64,000 bases of DNA. It comes from Chrysomallon squamiferum (Eukaryota > Animalia > Mollusca). Of the stretch, positions 13,453 to 28,160 are shown piece by piece; position 1 is the stretch's first letter, and each line of letters starts with the position of its first letter. The notes under the pieces were generated by a model. That model saw nothing but the letters and a program-made list of their open reading frames with translations, had not been told where the DNA came from and searched no databases. Position numbers and translations under genes: made by a program. The stretch lies in assembly GCA_012295275.1 (NCBI GenBank), contig CM022677.1, positions 6,882,001 to 6,946,000 on the forward strand, in the 5' to 3' direction.

Positions 13453-14309
13453 AGGATAGACAGAGAGATTATATAGAAAGCTAAACATAGGCAGGCCAGT
13501 AGGTTCAATAGATAGACAGAAGGATAGGTGTCAAGCAAGATAGGTAATAGTTTCAATAAATACATAAATAAATACATGACAACCCTTTATAAACATTTTC
13601 TGAGGCGAAGACAATATAAAAATATACTAATTTTGTCATTCAGCTGTATCATAATAATAATTTTACATGCGACTGCGTTGACAGCTGGAAAATTACGAAT
13701 GATACCGAACACATCTTTATAACTACCGAAGCATGGTGGACCATGCTGACATAAATCCACTTATAAGATAATAAACAAAACTGGAGCACATTTTAGAACT
13801 GCGATGTAGCAAGATTCTGGTGTACACTCTGTATTTCTCAATACTCGGGTTTTCTGTATGAGTAAATATCATCGTTGTTATCACTTACAGTTACCCATAT
13901 CAACTGTAGTAAAATTTCACGTGTAAATCGCACCATTCTTTTCGCTGAATATACATTTATATGTATGAGGTTTTTTTTGTTTGTTTTAAAATAAAATAAA
14001 AATAAAATGCAATGGTATTAATTTAAAAAAGGACATTATCGATATATATACATATATATATAATGAACACGTAAAAGAAAGCACATAAATTTATTTCTCA
14101 ATTTTTAAAGAAAAATAATACCCCCTCCTCTAGCTCTGACTTCTTTACAGTTTGCTGGTTTTGTTACGCATAATTATCACCTATAAACAAACACACGTAG
14201 TCCTATGGGCAGAACATTTTGTGAGAAGGTTATAAAGTAAGCAGACGTACTACCCACAAGAATATTTAAAATTTTACTAATCTCAGTTATATCTTGTAAA
14301 GGCTATTCC

Positions 14310-14525
14310 TCAAACTTTCGGAGCGGGCGCATCCTACATCAAAATATATTATTATTATCTTAATTAATGTTGCCATCGTTTCGTCGTAAAGTGGTTGTTC
14401 CTAATGTTCTAGGTGTATTTATCATTATTCTTTGGGTTTTTTTAAAACTATTATTCATATCTCTTTAGTGTTCAAATCGTATACTAAAATGTATTATTAC
14501 TTTTTTAACGGCGTTGTTCCTAGCT
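14310..14525. repeat. ~138-bp repeat family, copy 2 (abuts the Gypsy relic)
   Basis: GCGGGCGCATCCTACATCAAAATATATTATT...AATGTTGCCATCGTT is homologous to 7615-7680. Confidence 0.75.
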
Positions 14526-14534
14526 TTGTTGACT

Positions 14535-16278
14535 TCCAAAGGGACTGAAGATTATCTTCTCCCAGACAAGCCTGAATTAGCCTTGAAAAAGTAGCTGGTG
14601 CATTACACAAACCCATGTGCATCGTGATGTATTCAAAAAGACCCGATGAACCAGTCGAAATACAGTCTTGGAAATGTCTTCCTCTTCCATGGCACACTGA
14701 AGAAATTCATGTGCTAGATCGATGGAAGAAAAATACTTGGCCCCTTTCATCTGAGGTGGTAATTTTATATTTAATGATGCTACAGTATCCTAGATCATGA
14801 TCACCTTTACTAAAACATCATCCTCTGTACAGGTTAAGTCATCCCCAATATCCAGCTGGTCAAAAATGAAATCATCGCTGGAAACCTTTCCAACAATAGA
14901 ATCACAGCTCTGCAATTCTACAATGAATGGCTCACGTGCAGATGTTGAATTATTGTGTCAGTGCTCAACTCTGGTGCGTGGCTGTAAATAAACGTCCTCC
15001 TGACTGAAATTCGTGATTTTAACACGCGTCAATCCATTTGCCACTATAACCAACTTTGTGCTCACAATAACATACTTTGGCAAATTGCCATCTGCCTCTG
15101 AAAGACCAAATAAAACAACAGTTCTATGAATGCCTCCAGGGAACAATCTGCCCAGATCCAGCTGGGATTCGAACAGGTTTCTTACCAGCAACCCGGACGT
15201 ACCCAAGTATATTCTCAGAGCTACCAGTATTAGACGTTCCAGATGCTGAAATCTTCTGACAATACAGAGCCAAAACCGTCATCAATTTTTTCTTAACCGC
15301 CTATTACTCCAGGTAAACGGTGTTTCCTCAGATTATTGGGAGAATCTTGTAAATCGTTTACCACCAAAAAAAAATAAAAAATCTGTTGTACCTAAAATAT
15401 GCAGATCAATTTCAATGTAGCCTTTAAATGAAATGCTGTGACCACTTGCTGCCGAAACATTAACAAAAGGAGACAAATCAAACATTTCTCAAACTTTGTC
15501 TTTAAAATGATTGTTGCAAAATGTTTCGGTTATGGTAGAAACTTCAGCACCGGTATCTAAGCGACATCTTACATTTAAATTAAACATTTTAATATTAGGC
15601 TGCGGACATCTGCCGATAGCTTTCTGAAGGACCAAGTCAGTTTTCAGAATTTCACAGCAGGCCCTAATCGTTTAAATGCTGCGACCATTGCCATCACGTT
15701 GCCTGGGAGAAGTATCTTTGAAGATGGCCCATACGACCACATTTGAAGCAGGCACCACTTCCTCCCTGGCTATTAGTGAAATCTGAATCATATTTTGGAG
15801 AGGAATGCCTTTGATTAGTTTGAAAATGGTTGAGAGTCAGGAACACTAGCTGGAGTTCTTGTTACTGAATGACAAAAAGTCTCAGCAAATGCAGGACAGC
15901 TTCCTTCTGCTCTTGCAGAGCTCTCTCATATGCCCTTCCAACATATGTTCCTGTCCAAATTACAGGAAGAAATGTTTACCAATGGTAATAACATCCACTA
16001 AACGTAATATTAACATTAATACTGACATCCTAATAAACATGGTATTATTACTATTTTATTCAGTATTCATGTGAGAAAAAAAAAATGTTTTTGGATCAGT
16101 TTGGAATCATGTACATCAGGTATCGCTCTTCAGTTAGGAATCTTGTGTCATCAAACATGTAGTCTCGCATAATCATCAACATCAAATCTTCTGTAGGCCT
16201 GGTCATGTGAGGGTACTGGTTGTCTTTCACCTATTTCTAAATATCAGTTTAATCGTTATAGTCACTTGTGACACCAAA
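14535..16278 (-). mobile_element. Gypsy/Ty3 LTR retrotransposon relic (gag zinc knuckle, protease, RT start; deleted and frameshifted)
   Basis: Minus strand: CFKCGRMGHLQRYF (degenerate CCHC knuckle, ~15715-15755), VRCRLDTGAEVSTITE (aspartic protease, ~15525-15575) and GLFEYITMHMGLCNAPATFSRL (RT, ~14580-14645). A PBS-like TGGTGTCACAAGT follows ...GTTACA at ~16264-16276. Confidence 0.9.
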
Positions 16279-16758
16279 TGTAACGGAGGGTGGAAGCAAG
16301 CGGTTCTCTTAGCTAACTGTCTAAGGAATAAACAAACAAGATGGGGTTTCCAATTAAAGGGCTTTAATGCTAAGTAATTCCTGATATAGCAATGTTAACA
16401 TTTACAACATAGTAACAATGGCGTCTCCAAGGAGGACAAAAATTCCAGGCAGCAATTACCATACATGGTCATGTCACATGAAAGTTCCCAATAGGAGACA
16501 GAGACATCTTAATCTATCTCGCTAGCACTTACTCCCCACTAATTACTTTAACACATTACATAATCTGACCTTTACAGAATAGGAAGCAAAGGCTATTATT
16601 TCTCCATTCTACACACTTCCCTACTTAAAATGTTGCCATCCTCAGCAACATAAAACATTTAATTATAATTTTAAGTGATATAATAAAATCTCTAATAATT
16701 TATCTCTATGAACAACGCCATTATGACGCCAACCACCAGGTTAAGGTAATATTCCACA
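16279..16758 (-). mobile_element. Putative 5' LTR of the Gypsy relic
   Basis: Ends ...GTTACA immediately before the PBS, with a minus-strand ATTAAA at ~16363. The outer boundary (TGTGG at 16758) is tentative. Confidence 0.5.
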
Positions 16759-16866
16759 TAGAATTTTATAATTAATTATAGGTGTAATAGTTATATCTTT
16801 GATTTTATTATGAGAAGTCTAAAATATTGAAAAATATTTAATAATGTATTAATTATATATATATGT

Positions 16867-16869
16867 AGA

Positions 16870-16952
<83 letters not shown>
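16867..16952. repeat. (GA)n microsatellite
   Basis: Directly visible. Confidence 0.95.
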
Positions 16953-16955
<3 letters not shown>

Positions 16956-17743
16956 ATACATAGAAGCATTTTATAGATAGATAGAAAGTCAGAGAGACAG
17001 CCAGCTAGATTGATACACTGAAACACAGAGCAGATAGACACACACACACACACACAGCTATTTATAACAGAACTGGACTTTTGAAACCATTCCAAATTGG
17101 TCACATTTAAAAATGTATTTAAAAATGACAGTACATTTTGGAATAAATGATGAAATATTTTTAATATTTGATATGCAGAATTGTCAAAAGAAATTACCTT
17201 GAAAGACTGAGTATATTGAAATGTTTTGTGTATTCTTAGCTTTTAAGAATTATTTTACTGTTAATATGTAATTGATAATCCAAACAAACAGCTTTCTGTC
17301 CACTGGTATATCCCCTATGTCCATCCAGCATAATGCTTTCTCTAAAATGTCCCTGTTTGTATATCTTCCTGTGTGTGTGTCTGCTGTCTGTCTTTCAATA
17401 GACAGATACACACACAAACACATCTATCTACCTACGTATGGTTGAATAAATGTTATCTCTGTTTCTTTACCTCTCCATCTCTCAATCAGTCAGTCAGGCA
17501 ATGTGGGACTGACTGTCTCTCTGTCATTCTATCTACCTATCACTCTATCTGTCAAATTACATATCACTCATAATTTATCCAAAACTATAGTTGAAATTTT
17601 TTGGGAGAATGCAAGATTTTCACTTATATTAATTTGCACACAACAGTTTTTATTCATCTATTTCTCTATCAGTCTATCTCTAATGTTCTAAATCTGTCTT
17701 TCTAGCTTTCAATCTACAAATCAATTTACTGTTGGCCAGTGTG

Positions 17744-18000
17744 TCTCTTTATCTATCTATAAAACACTTGCACAAACATAATTCTCTCTAATTAACATAC
17801 TCATTACAATCTCTTTATCTATCTATAAAACACATACATAAACATAATTCTCTCTAATTCACATACTCATTACAATCTCTTTATCTAGCTATAAACACAC
17901 ACACACAAACATAATTCTCTCTAATTCACATACTCATTACAATCTCTTTATCTATCTATAAAACACATACACAAACATAACACACTCTAATTAACATACT
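17744..18000. repeat. 66-bp minisatellite, about 4 units
   Basis: TCTCTTTATCTA.CTATAAA...CATACTCATTACAA units start at 17744, 17810, 17876 and 17943. Confidence 0.9.
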
Positions 18001-19386
18001 CCCATCCTATCTCACTAAAACATTAACATACTAACACTTTCTTCCTTATACACATATCAGCATAGATCTCCACATATATCCGTATCTATCTGTATGCCTG
18101 TCATCTACATCTCTTCCTCTCTGTCAATCTCTCTCACTAATTGTATATCCCTCTCATTATACATATCTCTGTTTGTCAGTCTATCAAACTTCAAGTCCAT
18201 CTTTTCATCTATCTCTCTCTCAAAAATACATACACACTATTGCACACACATTATGCATATATACCCATTTTCTCTCAACAATAAAAAATTCATATTCACA
18301 AGTTACTTATGCATACACATGTACATATCATATGTAACACACTTAGCTAGATGAATGTAGGAGGGAGACAGGCAAATACAGAAGGATGAAATTGTCTTTG
18401 TCCTCCCAGTATTGGTCAATTTATTTTGACAATACTTTTAAAGAATTTCATTCACTTTGTGTGAACAGTGTCAGTGTATATTAAAACAGTCACATTTTGA
18501 TGGATTGTTCTCATTTACAATCATTTAAACATCAGCTTTTTCAAAATATGATCTTATCTTGATCCTTTTATCACTTTATTTTATGTATATAATGAACTGC
18601 TTCTAAGTAGTTCTCAGTAGACATGGATTTCACTCAACATGCAGTGTTGTTTATGCACATCAGGATCAACAGAACTCAGTGAAAATTTACATGAAGCTTT
18701 TAATAAAGATCAGTAACTCACTGTACATCATATTGAAACTTAGAATATTTATTTGTCAAAATAAATAAACAATTTTTTTAATCGTTTTCTATTAATGGTT
18801 TACACTTTGTAAAATGTAAATATTTGTCATTTTATTTTAAAGAGTAATTAGTGATATTTAGAGGTTGTTAAATGTACAAACAGAGAGAGTGATTATGTGA
18901 AATACTGATTTGTCTTCTCAAACATCTTATAAAGTAAACACACAACACTCTATGCTGTCACACAGTTAGAACAAAATGTTTTATTTATCAATATATCATC
19001 CTGTAATTAACCACATTTCTGCTCATCCAACTACACGTCCTTCAATTCATTTATTCTTTCATTCATCCAGCATTTATCACATTCAGCAAGTTATTCTATT
19101 TGGATATTATGTGAATGTATCATCCCTCCCTATCTCTAACCAGGCTAACCATTTTACTTTATCCATTCGTATCTCTTATTCATCCATCTTTCAGTCCTAT
19201 ACTTCCACACGTATACATGAATCCAGTGATTAATCTAAGCACAAACAATTAAACATTTTTTCACAACAATCACATCAAGCTGAAACGTCCAGTTTATCAC
19301 AAATGTTGTAATCCTGTGACTGAAACAGTCTCTCCTGCACACATCCAGTCTGATTATTTATATAAAAAAAAAATAAATAAATAAAA

Positions 19387-19418
<32 letters not shown>

Positions 19419-19959
19419 ATCTACCCTAATCAACAACTCCACCCAGTGTCTCAGAGGAACACCCTGTCATAACTGCTCACCATCATTACATACACACACA
19501 CAAACACGCACACACACAATGCACAAAACACACATTATACATATATACATACACACATAATATTACAGGCACCACATACACACACACACGTGCACACACA
19601 TATATACTGGATAGGCTACAAACATAAACAGTCTCACAGACAGATTATATACATAAATATACATGCATGTGCACATGAACAAAAATGTACACATACCCCA
19701 GTTTCATACATATAGTCATAAAAAAACACATTCCCATATGTACTATTACTGTAATATACATGCACATAATTTTAAATATATTTACATTGATTATCCCAGC
19801 AAACCCTTCATTTTCCCCTCATTTAAAGAATAAAGTAATTATATGATTAAAAAATTTAACACCTCTATGCACTATCACATTAATTTTAGCTTATTTTGAA
19901 AAGTGGCATTCCACAGCAGTGATGAATCTCTATTCCTCTTTCAGCGATAAAAATTAGAA

Positions 19960-22900
19960 TAACCAGACACACCTCAGTGATAAAAACAGAGCAAGCTGCT
20001 ATGAAGTACAATGTGTACACTGGATGTTCTGATCACATTGACAATGCAGTCTCTTGGAGATCACTGAGTTTTTGAAATTCAAATTAGATTTCAGACAGAT
20101 TTTGTCTTGAAAGTGTTGAGCTTTCTCTGGACAGGGAAGATTCTGATGTAATAGCATTCTGGTGCTCTAGTTAACCTTTTCTGAAAATGTGTCTTACAAC
20201 ATTTTCAACTGAAGTGCTGGCTGAGGCAGCTTGAATCTGCTGTCTAGGATCCTACAACAATATATAATACTCATTAATAAACTAATCATAAAATAAAGTG
20301 CAAGTAGTATTTTTGTTGTCAGCTCTAACTGCATTTCACTGTCTTAGCAAGAAGAGTTTTATTTTTTCCACACAATGTTAATAATAAAAATAATTTATTA
20401 AATTTTTTTATATTCTTAATTTCAATCAGTTTAATATTATTTTTTAACTTTGATATAAAAGGATTAAAATAGCAATACATCAGTCAAAGAGATTATGAAA
20501 AAACATATTTTAATATATTTGAATAATTCTGTAACTTGATACACTTTGTTATTTACATTGTGTTTAGTCCAGTTTAAGATGACTGCTAGGAATATTAAGA
20601 AAATAAACATTTTAAACTATATAGCTATTACATTACACAATACAGATTCTACTTGAAATACTAACATACTAACAAATTATTTAATTAATTAAAATATTTA
20701 ATTATAACATTCTTTCCTTCCACTTGTTGTGACGAAATGTTCTGGCCAAATCATTCTGTTATTTCATTCTGTCATTGTCTTTCATTATTTTCTTCAGCTC
20801 TTCGTTAATCACCTGAGATCTAGTGGGTGTGGTATTTCTTAACTTTAACTTTTTGGACAATATAAACTACTCCTAGGAAAACCATACTTAAAATAACCAA
20901 TAAAATTCCATTTTAATTAACACACTGTACTACTTTGCATTTGAAACTAAATTATACCTTAAAATTAACATATCTAAATTTAAAGGCTGAAAGTCTTACC
21001 TGCTGTCTTACTCTGGTATTTATTATTTGCTATCACAATTTTAAAACTGTAGTGTCTTATGACAGAAGATGAATCTGTTTCTTCTTTGTCACCACAGTTC
21101 AAGGTTATGGTGCTGCTCCCTTGTCTCATATCCTGAACAGTTCTTTGATGATAGATTGTGTGTATTCCAGTGTGTTGAACTGCTGCAGGTTTGCATTATG
21201 ATCCAGTCCAGACTGACACCTCTGATGGGCAGGACAGGGTACAGTATGGCGGAAGTTTACTGACATCAGACACTGACTGATTCAAGTCAAATCAATGGTG
21301 GTTTAAGCTTTCTCACTTTTTCTTGATCTTGGATAATTTCTATCACCTGAAATTAACATTAAAATATTAATGTTTATTAGCCACAGGTTTCTGGTGTTAA
21401 AATATGTTAAAATAAGTTAAAATATGTTAAAATATGTTAAAATAAGTTAACTCGAGACATTTTTCATTATGAATTTTCTTCTATTTGTCAACAAAGCTAT
21501 CGATCTGTAATGGCAGCAGTGAAAACAATATACTTTATGTATCTATATTATGATCATTTACAAAGAATACAATTTTTTTTTAAATTTTCATTAAAGTATA
21601 TATGAATGGGTTGGAATGACTTAGGAACTACTTTAAATCAAGTTTTCATCAATATGCTTTTATGTGACTGGAGAAATGTTAATTGATTTGATTCTGTTTT
21701 ATGTTGCCTCTCACTAATTATATAACAATTTTATTTACCAAAACAGGTGAACTGCAGACATGTGTTGGTGTTGCAAGAGGTGAACTGCAGACATGTGTTG
21801 GTGTTGCCTGCACATCCCTCCTATCGGCTTTACTTTCTGTATGAATAAAATTTTAAAATATAATAAAATAAACATATCATATAGAAATTAATAACAAACG
21901 TGTTACACAGGTAAATCAAAAATGAAACAATATAAAACACATCCTCAGAAACATTATTTATGAATATATATGTCTTCAAGTTCAAACTCATATAAATAAT
22001 GCTTTAACATAAATATAATAATTATGCCTTCTTGTAAAGTGGTAACAATCATTAAACACAAATAGAAAAATTATCTTAAAGATCTACTAACATCAATCTA
22101 ATTTAATCTGAATGAATAACAAACATTTTACAATTTTTAAAACATAATTTAATTATAAAGGTAACATTTCCAAACACTCATCTGACTGAACTGTTTTATT
22201 TGACAGCTTTATTTCATACTTTCCTATTAATAATAGGTGCAACTAATATGAATTAATACAAACCAGAACATCAGGAGCTGTCTGACTGTTTGCTAGTCTG
22301 CTTTTAACAGATGCTATCTCTTTAGCAATTTTAACTTTCAATTCATCAGTTGTTAAACCAGAGATGGTGTTCTAGAAAAATAGATAGGTTAGACAAATAT
22401 ATTCAAAACAATTTATTATTACTTTATTATTATTATTCTTATTACTATTTAATCTATGTTTTTATATTTTAGTTTCAGCCTGAGAATAAACTATAATATT
22501 ATCAGCATTTGTTTTACCTTTTATTTTTATTATTAATTTGTTATTAAATATCTTTTGACACAAAAAGCTGGTCTCAGTGATGAGACTTTCAGAAAAACAT
22601 CTGTGTTCTTTATGGATCTAGATAAAATCTTATGTTATTACAATTTGTTCTGTAGGAAATATACTGGATTTAATCTGTAAAATATGTTACAAAAATATAT
22701 ATATACTTGTGCATTAGTTTTGATTACTTGCTTACAGACTGAAATAAATGACTAACCAATACCTGAACTAAAAAATATATATGAACTCTAAAGGTGTCTT
22801 ACTTATTACAAGTTCATCTTTTTGCTATATCGCTATATACTATTTTCTTTAAACACAGTGTTATGTACAAAGAATCCCTTTAAAAATTACCTTACATAAA

Positions 22901-25900
22901 TTTTGATATTAAATAGAATTAATGACAAATCTAAGAAAAAAACATGTTTTTAATGTTTCTTCTTTTTAACTTTTATTCATCAGATATTGATGAACTGTCA
23001 TAAAAAAGAAAATGTTTTTGTTTTGTTATTACTGAATAAAACAATGAATAGAAATATTTTTTTGGTTTATGTTTTTACTGCTGTGATTGTTTCTTTTTAT
23101 TATTATTTTGTGGAAATAATATCAACTTTATGAAATACCTGACAAATTCTAATCATGTTTGTTTCCTGTATAGAGGCAAAAATAATCAAGTTACAAATTA
23201 ACATAGCAAAAAAATAATCAAAGAATAAGACATGGTTTCAGTTGTACTTATTATAGTCTAAGTTTTCACTTCTACAAGTTAACCAACCTGATAATCCATA
23301 CATTCTGTATCAAAATCTTGGTGGACCAATTTCCAAATGTGCTGCAAATCATACTGCCCGACTCTTTTCTCTTTTAATACATTTTCCTGCAAACAAAATT
23401 ACATCTTCTACAATATTGATCACCTCTTACATAATAAACTTGCAACTGACCTATAAACGATGATGTATTTAATGAGGGCAAAGTTGCAAAAGAAAAAAGT
23501 CTAAGTAAACCTGCCTGTAATCGTATCAACTGAAAAAGATATAAATGTAAGGCATTCAGCAGGTTTTCAGTTATTTAGGAATTTTTTGTTAATCTAAACT
23601 GTTTATATTATTTCTGATCAGATTGAAATTTTGGCAGATAAATTATCAAACCAAAATTTGTGTGTTTTTATTTTTAATGAATGTATGATGGAAGAATGAA
23701 TGCGTCCATTAAGTTCAAGAAAAAAATTAGAATTGAACTAACTTCTAATTCGGAACATATTTCCTTCTCTCTCTCCAGTGTTTCTTGCAGCTGGCAGATG
23801 TCACTAATTTTTCAAAAGATTACCATATTTAGAAAAAAATGAGGTTTAATAAAAACAATAACAGCATTTCTTAAACAAAATCTAAACATATTATTTACAT
23901 TCTGTTTCTAATATATATTATTCTAATGAAAAAGCTAGGAAAAGTATTTTATAAAAATATTTCTAAGGATTTGTTAGTTTAACCAACTGTAAATACCATT
24001 AACAAAGTTAAGTAATTTAGCTTAGACACAGAACTACTTAAATAATAAAATAAAATAAAATAAATATTCACACATTCAGCGTTACAGTATTTTTCACCAA
24101 GTTCTTTACTGGCTCTGAAAAACATAGTACAGAAAAATATTTTTATTAATATTTCATAAAATCATACTAAACTTGTATTTATATATGTCATTGATTATGA
24201 TGTAACAACAATAATGTATTCAGTTCCTTATTTGCCTAGTGGCAGACAGAACAAAACCTGACAATTCAAAACCAAAGCTTATTTAGATATATTTTTTCTG
24301 TAATCATTTCTCTTTTTTTCCAAAGTAAACCTGTTTTACCAAAATAAGTTTTTATTTGTGAGGCTTACTGCTGAAAAGTGAAAAATAAAAAAACAAACTC
24401 ATTTATTAATAGTTTTGGGACAAAAGTATTTTCTGCATAATGGTGTTAGAGAATAAGCTGACAGACACAAGTAGCAAGGAATCTTTTATATGCACCTTTA
24501 CATGGAGACAAAACACCATACACCTGTAAGCCAGTTACACCAAGCCTGCACTGAAACCACTGATATGTTTTCTGTTCCTTTAATTCATGTACAATTAATA
24601 TGTCATGGATTCACATTTATTTTCTACATCTTTGAAATAAACTCAGCATTTCTGTGGAAGATTACTTTGAAAAATGAGACACACAGTGTGTTTGTTGAAT
24701 GATAAAACTGTGGCATGACAGGCTAACCCCGACAAATAAAACATGCATCTTAGATCAAGAGAAAACAAAATTAATCATTCTGAAGAAGATACAACAACTC
24801 ATGTACTTTAAAGGTATATTATGATCACAGCTTAACCATTATAGAACTGTCGGGCAAATGTAAATGAGTCAGTCAAAAGGTATTGGAATATTACATTTGA
24901 ATTTTGGTGCCAGCCAAAACAAATGCTAAAGACAATGACATTAATGCTATAAGGCAAGTTATAAATATAAAGATACTAACCTTGTTAAATTTTCAATACT
25001 GCAACAGTTTGCTTTCAGTTTGCAAATCTTTTATTTTTTTTATTTTTTCTGCGAGTCCTTGAGAACTTTCCACAAGCTGACCTCTCAGTTGCTCAATCTG
25101 AAAATTAAAATCATTATTGCAAAGTTATATTATTGAAGAAAACAAAGTATCAAATATATATCATAAACATGTTATTTACTGCTCCAGACTTTTTCTGCTG
25201 AATCAGTCCTACTTTTTATTATTATTATTCTTTTTATTTATTTAATTTTTTCTTATAAATGCTGAAAGTAATTTATTCTATGATCCAGTTCTCAGCCACC
25301 TCTCATTCTAATTTTACATGTTTAATTATCTTCAGAATGCTCAACTATTTATTTTAAAATGAATAAATGCATAATGGAAGCCAACATAATTCAGTGACCA
25401 TTAAATAATAATTTCATCTACCATTTTATTGGAATTATTATCAAAACCGATTATGGTCAAAAACTTCTGAATCAAAATATTTAATTAAATAATAAATACT
25501 GATTTATGTCCCACATTTCTGTGGTATTAAGGGACCTGTGAGTGTACAAAGACACCAGCTGCTCAAATCATTCATAAGTGAAATATTTTTTTAACTGCAT
25601 ATGTTCTTAACTTGAACCCCACCTATAGATATCAATACAAACTGCTACAGCTGATGTTAATCATGCCCGCTACAGAATTCTGGCATATATTATGTAATAA
25701 GAATACAATTTGATTTCTTCTTCTGTTTAAATCCTAGTACGTTTTAATAAAGTATGGTAACTTCCAAGTAATAATAATTATTTTATTTATTCAGAAAGGA
25801 AATATTTTTATTTATTTAGTTGTTATTGTTTGTTTTTTTGTTTTTTAACTTTTTATTTTTTTAGATAATTTAAACATCACTATCAGTTTTCTCCACATCT

Positions 25901-28160
25901 CACTTTAAAAAAGTTAAAGAAACAAATGTTAAATTAACTGCTAAAGAAAAAAGATTACAGTAATTAAAAAAAGAAAAATGAAAAGCAACACATACAATAC
26001 ATTATTGCTTAGAATTAATCATGGTTCAAACTTATTTCAAGATACTGATTATGTTGAAAAACTATATGAATGAAAATTCAAGACTCATCAGAACAAAAAT
26101 CTATCAGAAAGAGAGATAAATGTGGTCTAAAATCAAAAATATAATTATTTAAGTATCTCACAGGTATTTAGACTGCAAATTCAAGGTTTCTTCTGTTACA
26201 TTTTCTCCATTTGCAGATGACAATGATCCACACATTTGCATGTCACTGCAATATTGACATCTGTAAGAAGCATCACAAAGTTCTTTCAGTAATTGGTTAA
26301 TGTTAATCTAAAAACAATTTTTCTTATGATGGACTGTATTTATAAAACATTGTATGTTTTGACTTAGACAAGTCCTTTCAATAATACTTAAAAAAAAATA
26401 ATAATAATACAAAATTTAATCATGAATCACGATGACTTTGAACAATAGATGAATAAATATAATAATATTAATTGTCCATTACAAGCAAGATCCTTTGAAA
26501 TACTGATTCAAAAATAGCATTTACTAAAAACTAATTAATATGTAACAGACCAATGAAACAGTAACATTCACTTTGTCAGCTTCTGTATCAAGATAAGTCG
26601 AAATCAGTTATGAAGATGTTTCTGCAGGAGCAACTATTATTCAGTGGCTTTATTGTACCAACCTTGTCTTTTTCACACAAAGGTGATGCCAAACATTTCA
26701 TAACAAATATAGATTACTTTAACATTAACACTGACTGTTATTATTTTATAATTATTACCATGAATTGATTCGGTGTGTATTATTGTAACTCTGTTAGTAC
26801 CTCAAGGCTGTTAAAGCAAACCTATTGAAGCATGAATTAAACTATAAGTTGATTTAATGAACAAAATGTAAATAAACAACAGCTAAAGCAAATGACCTAT
26901 CTTCTTTATCTGGCACTCAATCCAAACCCCAGTTCAGCAACAGTTTTATTTATGGATAATCATATTAAAACTAATTTCACCAAAAAAAGTAGTTCACGGA
27001 AAATGAAAATTAGCTTTGACCAAAAGTAAAAAAACATTTAAGAATAAAATAATGCATAAAAAAAAAAAATAATAATGTTGTCTCTTGGTAATTAAATTAA
27101 CAAAATACTACAGACGCTGAAAACTGAATTGGGAATAAATTAAGTTAGATATAATTTAAGTTAATATCTCCAGATATTTTCAATGTCAGTTGAAAAAATA
27201 AACTCTGTTCACCATTTACACAAATGAAATAAACATACTTCACTAAAATTTTCTTTTCTGGAAGCTTCATAATAATTTCAGTCAGTGAGCTTTCCTTCTT
27301 GACTAAAAGCAACAAAACAAAGATTTCAGATGAAAAATATAAACGTCAGCATATACAGGTACATATACATATACTGAAAATATTACATTGGAAATATAAA
27401 AATAACAAATATGAAATAATTAATTATTCAGTGGTAATTTTCTTTATTAACTTATCAATCCATTTCATAACTTCAAATAAAATAATTGTGTTCAAGGTAA
27501 ACATTACATAGCAAGAAGAGAACAAATATTACTGCAATTCCAAATAATGCACTTGTTAGTAAATTTTTCTAATTTAAAACCTAACTAAGTTATAAGAAAA
27601 ATAAAATTAAAATAAAATTAAAATAAAACTAAATAATTATAGAACAAAAACCAACAGTGGTAAAAGAAACAAGCAATAATAAGAATTGCAGAAATAATTA
27701 TAATTCTAATGTAATATATATACTTTTCCTCGAATCATGACATGTCAGATTTATGTGATTCCCTGTTACCTAGAGGAGTGAAAAAAAAAATTGAAAAAAA
27801 ATAAATCAATAAATAAAATGTATATGACATTACATATGTGTCTCATTTTATCAAAAAAAAAAGAAGATAAAAACAAAAAATTATTTTAGAAATGACTCAC
27901 CAATATCTGTGTCCTGGAAATACTAAGAGAGGGGATCTGAAACTAATCCATAATCCATATTCTCTGTCATTAATTTCACTGCATCGCAGTTATTTGAGTG
28001 TTGCTTTTGTTCTGAATCTTAATCTAAGAAATTTGATGACGTAACCACTTTTTTAACAACAGCATTCCCACCTCCTCCATCAACATCAGGATTTTCTGTT
28101 ACTGACATGTGAATGTCAGCTGATTTACACAGTGTAAGCAAAATCAGTCCTGGCAAAATC
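19960..28160 (-). pseudogene. Exon-like blocks of a decayed multi-exon gene, product unknown
   Basis: Higher-GC blocks bounded by minus-strand acceptors (pyrimidine tract plus YAG) and GT donors at about 19970-20251, 21000-21347, 23288-23387, 24981-25097, 26160-26260 and 27901-28159. The two blocks translated (20.0-20.25 kb and 21.0-21.35 kb) appear to contain stops. Confidence 0.35.

Noticed and set aside
21745-21808. 33-bp tandem duplication
   Set aside because: Two copies only, ordinary slippage.
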